Positions 27,361 through 39,184 of a stretch of 41,815 bases of DNA are shown piece by piece. Under the pieces are notes generated by a model. It had not been told where the DNA came from, did no database searches, and was given only the letters and a program-made list of their open reading frames with translations. The DNA comes from Chloroflexota bacterium (lineage in GTDB: Bacteria; Chloroflexota; Limnocylindria; QHBO01): the NCBI GenBank assembly GCA_005882055.1, contig VBGQ01000095.1, positions 1-41,815 of the forward strand, in the 5' to 3' direction. The first letter of the stretch is position 1. Each line of letters begins with the position of its first letter. The translations under genes and the position numbers were made by a program.

Positions 27361-27383
27361 CGTCCCCGGAAGCGAGGTGCACC

Positions 27384-28502
27384 GTGAATCGAGACTTCAT
27401 CGGCGCCCTCCTTCAGCTGAACGCCGAGAAGGGGGTCCCCAAGGAGATCCTCATCGAGACGCTCGAGCAGGCGATCGAGTCGGCGTATCGGCGCAACGCG
27501 GACGCCCCCGAGAACGTGGTGGTCAAGGTCGATCCCGATAGCGGCCAGATCAGCGTCTACCGCGAGTACGAGGTCGTCGCCACCCCCGAGGAGATCGAGG
27601 ACGACCAGCTGCAGATGCTGGTCGGTGAAGCGCAGAAGGTCGATCCGACCACGGGCGTCGGTGCCAAAGTCCGCGTGCCGGAGAACGTGACCCAGGCACA
27701 GCTGGGACGGATCGCCGCGCAGACCGCTGGACAGGTCTACCGCCAGCGGCTCCGAGAGGCGGAACGCGACGTCGTCTTCCAGCAGTACGCGAGCCGCGAG
27801 GGGGAGATCATGACCGGCGTGGTGCATCGCACCACCGAGTCAGCGGTGATCCTGGACATGGGCAAGGGCGTCGAGGCGGTGCTCGCCGTCAGCGAGCAGC
27901 TGCCGGGCGAGCACTACCGGATCGGGCAGCACCTGAAGGCCTACGTCCTCGAGGTCCGGCGCACCACGCGCGGACCGGTGATCGTGGCCAGCCGCACGCA
28001 CCGTGGGTTCCTGCGACGCCTGATGGAGATGGAGATCCCCGAGATCTACAACGGCACCGTGGTGATCCGCGGCATCGCCCGCGAGGCCGGGAGCCGTTCC
28101 AAGGTCGCTGTCGAGAGCCGCCAGGCGGGCGTCGACGCCAAGGGGGCTGCCGTGGGGCAGCGCGGCTCGCGGATCCAGGCGATCGTCGCGGAGCTGAACG
28201 GAGAGAAGGTGGACGTGGTGCTGTGGCACGACGATCCCGCCCAGTACGTGGCCGAGGCCCTCTCGCCGGCCGAGGTGCTGAACGTGCGCATCGACGAAGA
28301 GCACAAGATCGCGAACGTCGTGGTCCCCGAGCGACAGCTCAGCTTGGCGATCGGCAAGGAGGGCCAGAACGCACGTCTTGCGGCCAAGCTGACCGGCTGG
28401 CGGATCGACATCCGATCTGACGCCGGCGTGGCGGCGGCCGCAGGGGGAGACGAGGGCCGGACACCGGTGGAGGCGCCGGTCGATGCCGAAGCGAAAACCT
28501 GA
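27384..28502 (+). CDS. nusA: Transcription termination/antitermination factor NusA
   Basis: [18 protein letters not shown]..., an S1 domain (GEIMTGVV), then KH1/KH2 ([35 protein letters not shown]). The upstream 45 codons of ORF 27249 cover the promoter and terminator and are not coding. Confidence 0.93.
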   Translation: MNRDFIGALLQLNAEKGVPKEILIETLEQAIESAYRRNADAPENVVVKVDPDSGQISVYREYEVVATPEEIEDDQLQMLVGEAQKVDPTTGVGAKVRVPENVTQAQLGRIAAQTAGQVYRQRLREAERDVVFQQYASREGEIMTGVVHRTTESAVILDMGKGVEAVLAVSEQLPGEHYRIGQHLKAYVLEVRRTTRGPVIVASRTHRGFLRRLMEMEIPEIYNGTVVIRGIAREAGSRSKVAVESRQAGVDAKGAAVGQRGSRIQAIVAELNGEKVDVVLWHDDPAQYVAEALSPAEVLNVRIDEEHKIANVVVPERQLSLAIGKEGQNARLAAKLTGWRIDIRSDAGVAAAAGGDEGRTPVEAPVDAEAKT

Positions 28503-28741
28503 TCACGTCCCGATGCGGACCTGCGCGATCTGCCGCCAGGTTCGCCCCAAGCGAAGCATGACCCGAATCGTCCGCGGCTCGGACGGGTCGGTCGCCGTGG
28601 ACCCAACGGGCAAGGCCCAGGGCCGCGGTACATACGTCTGTAACGATCCCGCCTGCCGCGAGCCGGTTCGGCTGGCGACGGGCATTCAACGGGCGCTCTC
28701 GGTACCGGTCAAGGCCGAGGCGCTCGAGCTAGAGGAGATCC

Positions 28742-28755
<14 letters not shown>
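28483..28755 (+). CDS. ylxR: YlxR/RnpM family (DUF448) RNA-binding protein
   Basis: [21 protein letters not shown]...GRGTYVC, in the conserved nusA-ylxR-infB position. Confidence 0.88.
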
Positions 28756-30555
<1,800 letters not shown>

Positions 30556-30578
30556 TCCTGACCGATGCGGACTGACCG

Positions 30579-30968
30579 ATGAGCCAGCGCACCGAACGAC
30601 TCGATAGCCAGATCCAGCAGGAGCTGATGGGGCTCCTGCAGCGCGAGATGAAGGACCCGCGACTTGGCTTCGCAACGGTCACCCGCGTGACCACCACGGG
30701 GGACCTGCGCCACGTCACGGCCTGGGTATCGGTGTATGGCGACGAGGAGGCGCGAACGCGCAGCATGGCGGCACTCGCGGATGCCACCCCATGGCTGCAG
30801 CGCCGGCTGGGCCAGCGCCTGCGCCTGCGCCACGTGCCGGCCCTGGCAGTACGGCCCGACGACTCGATCGAGGCGGGCGATCGGGTCCTGCGCCTGCTCC
30901 ACGAGGTCGAGAGCCAGGAGCCTGCGGCCGACCCAGGAGCGACCAGTGCGGAGGACGAGCCCAGGTGA
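30579..30968 (+). CDS. rbfA: Ribosome-binding factor A
   Basis: RTERLDSQIQQELMGLLQREMKDPRLGFATVTRVTTTGDLRHVTAWVSV. Confidence 0.92.
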   Translation: MSQRTERLDSQIQQELMGLLQREMKDPRLGFATVTRVTTTGDLRHVTAWVSVYGDEEARTRSMAALADATPWLQRRLGQRLRLRHVPALAVRPDDSIEAGDRVLRLLHEVESQEPAADPGATSAEDEPR

Positions 30969-31954
30969 GCGACGACGTGGGCTCGGTGGTCGCCGCCATC
31001 CGCGACGCGCAGCGCATCACCGCCATCTGCCACGAGAGCCCCGACGGGGATACGCTGGGTGCTGCGCTGGCGATAGCCCTCGTCGCGGAGCGCCTCGGCA
31101 AGGAGGCTGAGGTCGTCGCCGGTGACCCGATCCCGCCCTTCCTGGCCTTCCTGCCGCGCGTGGAGCGCGTCCGAACCGAGCCGCGGCTCGAGCCGGACGT
31201 TGCGCTGATCGTGGATGCCGGAGACCTGGCACGCACTGGCAGCGTGGCGCGCGATCACGCCGATTGGCTCGCCCGCGCGACCCTGGTCAACGTCGATCAC
31301 CACGTCAGCAATCCGCGATTCGGGGCCGTGAACCTGGTCGATCCCACCGCGGCCGCCACCTGCGAGATCGTGGCGCTGCTGCTTCCGGAGCTGGGGATTG
31401 CCCTGGATGCGGAGCTGGCCACCTGCCTGGCGGCTGGGCTGGTACAGGACACGCACACCTTCGCCCACCCGAATGCGACCCCCCGCACGCTTCGCATCGC
31501 CGCCGATCTGGTGAAGGCCGGTGCGCGCCTCTCGGAGATCAATCGCGCGATCTACGCCGACAAGCCCTTCCCGACCCTGCGCCTGTGGGGCCTGATGCTG
31601 GCGGGGATCCAGGATCTGGCGGCCGGGCGGATCATCCACGCCGCGATGACGCTGGCGATGCTCACCGAGACGCAGAACGATGCCAGCGCGTCCGAAGGTT
31701 TCGTCGACCTGATGGGCCTGACGAAGGGGGCAGACATCATCCTGCTCTTCAAGGAAGCCGAACCAAAACGCATCCGGATCTCCGTGCGCACCAGTGACCG
31801 AGCCGACGCGGTCGCCATCACCAGCCAGTTCGGAGGCGGGGGCCACGCCCGGGCCGCCGGCTGCACCGTCGAGGCCGATCTCGACGAGGCGCGAACCCGG
31901 GTGCTCGCCGCCTGCGAGCGCGAGCTGGCGCGGGGCGATGCTGGGGGTCATTAA
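30965..31954 (+). CDS. nrnA: DHH/DHHA1 phosphoesterase (NrnA-type oligoribonuclease/pAp phosphatase)
   Basis: GTGA overlap with rbfA; ICHESPDGDTLGAALA, VDHH, DTHTF and GGGGHARAAG. Confidence 0.85.
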   Translation: MSDDVGSVVAAIRDAQRITAICHESPDGDTLGAALAIALVAERLGKEAEVVAGDPIPPFLAFLPRVERVRTEPRLEPDVALIVDAGDLARTGSVARDHADWLARATLVNVDHHVSNPRFGAVNLVDPTAAATCEIVALLLPELGIALDAELATCLAAGLVQDTHTFAHPNATPRTLRIAADLVKAGARLSEINRAIYADKPFPTLRLWGLMLAGIQDLAAGRIIHAAMTLAMLTETQNDASASEGFVDLMGLTKGADIILLFKEAEPKRIRISVRTSDRADAVAITSQFGGGGHARAAGCTVEADLDEARTRVLAACERELARGDAGGH

Positions 31955-32819
31955 CCTCGACAAGCCGGTCGGCCCGACCTCGCACGACATGGTGGCGGCG
32001 ATCCGGCGCATGACGGGGATCCGCCGCATTGGCCACGCGGGGACGCTCGATCCGCTCGCGTCCGGCGTGCTGCCCATCCTGGTGGGTGCCGCGACACGGT
32101 TCAGTCGCGACCTGTCGGCGGGCGACAAGCGCTACGTGGCCGTCATCCGTCTCGGCTGGCGATCGGTGACCGATGACGCGCAGGGCCCGATCGAACGCGG
32201 CGGCCCGCTCCCCGCCGACGATCGCATCGCCGCGGCGCTGCAGACCTTCGTGGGGACGCATGACCAGCTTCCCCCGGCCTTCTCGGCGCGGAAGATTGCC
32301 GGTCGTGCTGCGCACCGATTGGCGCGCCGGGGCGAGACGGTCGAGCTTCCGCCGCGCGAGGTGACGGTCCACGGCATCGACCTCCTCGGCGTCGAGCGCG
32401 ACGCGGATCACGTGGACGTCCGGATCGATCTTCGCTGCGGTCCGGGCACCTACGTGCGATCCATCGCTCGCGACCTGGGTGAGCTGCTGGGCAGCGGTGG
32501 ATATCTGGCGGAGCTGCGGCGGACCGCGGTCGGCTCGCTGCGTGCCGAAGATGCCGTTACCCCCGAGCGCCTCGAGACCCTGGCGGCGGAGGGACGCCTG
32601 GAGACCGCGTTCCTCAACGTGGGGGCACTCCTGCCGTTGCCCAACCTGCAACTGGACTCGGCGGACTCGCATCGCTTCAGCCACGGCTCCGTAGTGCGGC
32701 TGGCGACGGCCTCTCCCGGGCGTCACGCGGTCTTCAGTGACGGCGCGTTGCTCGGCATCGGCCGTATGGAAGGCGAGCTCCTGCAACCGGAGACGGTCAT
32801 CGAGATCGAACCCACATGA
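31938..32819 (+). CDS. truB: tRNA pseudouridine55 synthase TruB
   Basis: GVINLDKPVGPTSHDMV...GHAGTLDPLASGVLPILVG...PPAFSA.K. Confidence 0.93.
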   Translation: MLGVINLDKPVGPTSHDMVAAIRRMTGIRRIGHAGTLDPLASGVLPILVGAATRFSRDLSAGDKRYVAVIRLGWRSVTDDAQGPIERGGPLPADDRIAAALQTFVGTHDQLPPAFSARKIAGRAAHRLARRGETVELPPREVTVHGIDLLGVERDADHVDVRIDLRCGPGTYVRSIARDLGELLGSGGYLAELRRTAVGSLRAEDAVTPERLETLAAEGRLETAFLNVGALLPLPNLQLDSADSHRFSHGSVVRLATASPGRHAVFSDGALLGIGRMEGELLQPETVIEIEPT

Positions 32820-33595
32820 CCGATTCGCACGCGACGACCCTTGACCGGCTGCCCGAGATCGGCGACGTGGCGCTGTGCATGGGCGTCTTTGACGGCGTCC
32901 ACCGCGGCCACCTGGTCCTCGTCCAGGCGACCGCCCGAGTAGCCCGCGAGCGGAGACTACGTGCCGTGGCACTTGTCTTCGACCCCCACCCGGACGAAGT
33001 CGTTCGACCTGGAAGCGTCGTGCCGCGCCTGGCGCCACTCCATGAGAACCTTCGGCGCCTGTCCGAGGCCGGCATCGACGAGCCAGTGGGGGTGCGGTTC
33101 GACGAGGCGCTGCGCGCACTGGCCGCCACCGAGTTCCTTGAAGCATTGGCACCAGCTATCCAGGTACGGGCGCTGGTGATGAGCCCCGAGTCCGCCTTCG
33201 GGCGGAACCGCTCCGGCACCCCTGACGCGATGGAGGCGCTGGGTCGCATCGCCGGCTTCCATGTCGAGCGCGTGGAGACGCTGCTGACGGACAGCGACGA
33301 GCCAATCTCGTCTGGGCGGATTCGGCGCGCCCTTGCCGATGACTCGCTGGACGAGGCGAATCGGCTGCTCGGCCATCCAGCCTACCTGGAGGGAATGCTG
33401 AATCCCACCGACGAAGGGTCGCTGCGGCTCGACTATCACGCCGCGCTACCCGCGGCCGCCACCTACCGAGCGAGGACGCGTGGAGCGACGCCGGTCGAGG
33501 TGGAGCTGAGGATCCGCTCGAACGGACGCATCGACCTCGTGGGAGCACCGCCTGGAAGCGATCGCATTGCCCTCGACGTGCTGTCGCGGGCCTGA
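32816..33595 (+). CDS. ribF: FAD synthetase (RibF N-terminal domain) with short, degenerate riboflavin-kinase-like C-terminus
   Basis: The N-terminal nucleotidyltransferase part looks intact: GVFDGVHRGHLVLV, FDPHP, ISSGRIRRAL. After LLGHPAYLEG only about 70 aa remain, and no GxxLGFPTAN motif is visible. ATGA overlap with truB. Confidence 0.8.
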   Translation: MTDSHATTLDRLPEIGDVALCMGVFDGVHRGHLVLVQATARVARERRLRAVALVFDPHPDEVVRPGSVVPRLAPLHENLRRLSEAGIDEPVGVRFDEALRALAATEFLEALAPAIQVRALVMSPESAFGRNRSGTPDAMEALGRIAGFHVERVETLLTDSDEPISSGRIRRALADDSLDEANRLLGHPAYLEGMLNPTDEGSLRLDYHAALPAAATYRARTRGATPVEVELRIRSNGRIDLVGAPPGSDRIALDVLSRA

Positions 33596-33655
33596 GGTCG
33601 CGCTCCGCATCGGTCAAATCGTACGGAAAGCGGACGAGCGGCAGGGGTGCCGATC

Positions 33656-33664
33656 TGGTAGGAT
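33656..33664 (+). promoter_or_regulatory. Putative extended -10 (TGGTAGGAT) upstream of rpsO
   Basis: A TGn-TAGGAT box 39 nt before the rpsO GTG, in the ribF-rpsO spacer. Confidence 0.3.
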
Positions 33665-33702
33665 GCGCGGGTTCAGTGTGAAAGTTGAAAGTGGAGGAAT
33701 CT

Positions 33703-33972
33703 GTGCCGCTCGCCAAAGAAGGGAAGAGCGCGATCGTCGAAGGCTATGCCACCCACGAGGGTGACACCGGTTCACCCGAGGTGCAGATCGCGCTTCTCAC
33801 CGAGCGGATCAAGTCCCTGACGGACCACCTGCGTACCTACCCCAACGACAACCACTCGCGTCGCGGCCTGCTCAAGCTGGTCGGCCAGCGACGCCGATTG
33901 CTGGCCTACCTGGTCCGGAGCGACGTTGATCGCTATCGCGAGGTCATCGGTCGGCTGGGGCTGCGCCGATAA
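33703..33972 (+). CDS. rpsO: 30S ribosomal protein S15
   Basis: GTG at 33703 lies 4 nt (CTCT) after AGGA (33695-33698; the flanking sequence reads GTGGAGGAATCT). [20 protein letters not shown]....D.HSRRGLL..VG.RR.LL.YL. Confidence 0.93.
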   Translation: MPLAKEGKSAIVEGYATHEGDTGSPEVQIALLTERIKSLTDHLRTYPNDNHSRRGLLKLVGQRRRLLAYLVRSDVDRYREVIGRLGLRR

Positions 33973-34178
33973 CTTCAGCATCTTGCGACGGCCCGGGGGC
34001 GCACACGCCGCCGGGTCCCGCTCATCTGGACGCAGTTGCGTCCACGAGTCGCTCCGCACTCATGTTCGCGGAGCCGCGCCATCAAATCGGCTGCGGTGGT
34101 CCCGAATGACCGTCTCGATTACGGCATCCGGATCGCGCGCCCGGCGCGCACATTTCAGTAGATCGTTCGGAGGATTCT

Positions 34179-36797
<2,619 letters not shown>

Positions 36798-36806
36798 CTC
36801 TCACCG

Positions 36807-37520
36807 ATGGGCACGGAGGGGCAGCTTTCGGTCGTCGCCGGAGAGGTGCGCGGCTGCCTGCTCTGCGCCCTTGCTCGCGGACGAACCCAGGCGGTCCCGG
36901 GGGAGGGCAATCCGCTCTCCGACGTGCTGTTCGTGGGGGAAGGGCCGGGCGGCCGCGAGGACGCGACGGGACGTCCCTTCGTGGGGCCCGCCGGTCAGCT
37001 GCTGACCGAGCTGTTGCGCGCCATCGGCTGGGATCGCTCGGAGGTCTTCATCACCAACGTGGTGAAGTGCCGGCCGCCGGGGAATCGCGATCCGGAGCCG
37101 GAGGAGATCGCCGCCTGTGCTCCCTATCTCGACCGCCAGGAGGCTGCGCTCGATCCGGCGGTGATCGTGACCCTGGGCCGCTTCTCGCTGCAGCGCTATC
37201 TGCCGGGCGCCCGTATCGGGGAGGTGCATGGGCGCCTTCGGCGCAGCGGTGGCCGGTTCGTCTTCCCGATGTACCATCCTGCGGCGGCGCTGCACCAGGC
37301 CTCGTTGCGCGAGACGTTGTTCCGCGATGTCCGTGGCCTGCCGGCAGCGTTGCTCGCCGCACGAGAGGCGATCGAGACCGAGCGAATGGCGGCCGTCACG
37401 CTGGTGGCCGGACCAGCGCCGGAGGCGGGGAGTGGAGCGATGGTGGCACCCCTGGCCGGAACCGAGTCGACGCCCTCCGACGACGAGCAGATGACGCTCT
37501 TCTCACGGCGCGATGACTGA
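36807..37520 (+). CDS. udg: Uracil-DNA glycosylase, family 4
   Basis: C.LC......VPGEGNP.SDVLFVGEGPGGRED..GRPFVGPAGQLL...FITNVVKCRPPGNR. Confidence 0.88.
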   Translation: MGTEGQLSVVAGEVRGCLLCALARGRTQAVPGEGNPLSDVLFVGEGPGGREDATGRPFVGPAGQLLTELLRAIGWDRSEVFITNVVKCRPPGNRDPEPEEIAACAPYLDRQEAALDPAVIVTLGRFSLQRYLPGARIGEVHGRLRRSGGRFVFPMYHPAAALHQASLRETLFRDVRGLPAALLAAREAIETERMAAVTLVAGPAPEAGSGAMVAPLAGTESTPSDDEQMTLFSRRDD

Positions 37521-39177
37521 CACCCTGCGCATCATCCCGCTCGGCGGCGTCGGCGAGGTGGGCAAGAACATCACCCTGCTCGAGGTGGCCGGGGAGATCC
37601 TGGTGATCGACTGCGGGCTGGCCTTCCCCGAGCCGGAGATGCTCGGCATCGACCTCGTCATCCCCGACGTCACCTACCTCTCCGAGAACCGGGATCGCGT
37701 CCGCGCCATCCTGCTCACGCACGGGCACGAGGATCACACCGGCGGCCTGCCCTACGTGCTGCCGCACCTGCCGGGGATTCCGATCTATGCATCCCGGCTG
37801 ACCATCGGTCTGGTCACCGGCAAGCTCAAGGAGCACAAGCTCCTGGAGTCGACGCCGCTGCGCACGGTGGAGGCGGGCATGACCTTCACCATAGGCGCCT
37901 CCTCGATCACCCCCTTCCGGGTCAACCACTCGATTCCCGACGGGGTGGGATACGCGATCCAGACCCCGCTCGGCACCGTGGTGCACACCGGCGACTTCAA
38001 GTTCGACATGACACTGCCGGACGGGCGACGCGCGGACCTTGGGCTCTTCGCCGAGATCGGCAACCGCGGCGTGGAGTTCCTCCTCTCTGACTCGACCCGC
38101 GCGGAGCGCGAGGGCTACACGCTCTCCGAGCGCACGGTGGGGGAGTCGCTCACCCAGCTGATTGGCGAGGCGCCGGGTCGCGTGATCGTGGCGACCTTTG
38201 CGAGCAACATCGGTCGCGTCCAGCAGGTGATCGACGCGGCCGCGGCGTTCGACCGCAAGATGATCGTGCTCGGCCGCAGCATGGAACAGAACACGACCAT
38301 CGCGCTGGAGCTGGGCTATCTCGATGACCGGAATGGCACGCTCGTCAGGCGCGACCAGCTGCAGCGGCTTCCCAAGGAGCAGACGGTGATCATGACGACC
38401 GGCTCCCAGGGCGAGCCGATGTCGGGGCTGACGCGCATGAGCAACCGCGATCACCGCAACATCACCATCGAGCCGGGAGACACCGTGATCGTCTCCGCCT
38501 CGCCGATCCCGGGCAACGAGGAGGCGGTGGCCAAGACCATCGACAACCTCTTCAAGGAGGGGGCGATGGTGCACTACGAGCCGCTGAAGCACTGCCACGT
38601 CTCCGGCCATGGGTCCCGCGAGGAGCTCAAGCTCATGCTCTCGTTGGTGCGGCCCCGCCACTTCATCCCGGTGCATGGCGAGTACCGGATGCTGGTACAG
38701 CACGGCCTGCTGGCGGAGGACTCCGGGGTCCCGTCGAACGGCATCTTCGTGCTGGAGAACGGCCAGGTTGTCGAGTTCGACGGCGAGGTGGCCCGGTTGG
38801 CGGGCAGCGTTCCGGCCGGCGCGGTCCTGGTGGACGGCATCGCGGCCATCGACGGCGTCGACGGCGTCATCCTGCGCGACCGCCGCGCCTTGGCATCCGA
38901 CGGGGTGGTGATGGTCGCGCTGACCGTCGAGGCGGCCACCGGGGCGCCCGTCAGCGGACCGGACCTGGTCGGGCGTGGCTTCCTCTCCAATCCCGAAGAT
39001 CCGATCATGGAGGAGGCGCGTATCTACCTCGCCGAAGCCCTCGCCCAGCGCTCCGGCGACGAGCACGGCGCGGAGCTGGGATTCCTCAAGGCCAAGACGC
39101 GGGACACCCTCGCACGCTTCTTCTACGAGCGCACCAAGCGGCGACCGATGATCATGCCCATCGTGATGGAGGTATGA
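37513..39177 (+). CDS. rnj: Ribonuclease J
   Basis: LRIIPLGGVGEVGKN, metallo-beta-lactamase HGHEDHTGG, beta-CASP region, HVSGHGSREEL and a C-terminal domain. Confidence 0.93.
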   Translation: MTDTLRIIPLGGVGEVGKNITLLEVAGEILVIDCGLAFPEPEMLGIDLVIPDVTYLSENRDRVRAILLTHGHEDHTGGLPYVLPHLPGIPIYASRLTIGLVTGKLKEHKLLESTPLRTVEAGMTFTIGASSITPFRVNHSIPDGVGYAIQTPLGTVVHTGDFKFDMTLPDGRRADLGLFAEIGNRGVEFLLSDSTRAEREGYTLSERTVGESLTQLIGEAPGRVIVATFASNIGRVQQVIDAAAAFDRKMIVLGRSMEQNTTIALELGYLDDRNGTLVRRDQLQRLPKEQTVIMTTGSQGEPMSGLTRMSNRDHRNITIEPGDTVIVSASPIPGNEEAVAKTIDNLFKEGAMVHYEPLKHCHVSGHGSREELKLMLSLVRPRHFIPVHGEYRMLVQHGLLAEDSGVPSNGIFVLENGQVVEFDGEVARLAGSVPAGAVLVDGIAAIDGVDGVILRDRRALASDGVVMVALTVEAATGAPVSGPDLVGRGFLSNPEDPIMEEARIYLAEALAQRSGDEHGAELGFLKAKTRDTLARFFYERTKRRPMIMPIVMEV

Positions 39178-39184
39178 GAACTCG

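Noticed and set aside
27249-27383. The N-terminal 45-codon extension of nusA offered by the ORF track, or a remnant of rimP.
   Set aside because: NusA homology starts exactly at the GTG at 27384 ([18 protein letters not shown]). The extension spans a -10-like box and a canonical terminator hairpin with a T-tract. It is far too short for RimP and has no RimP-like motifs.
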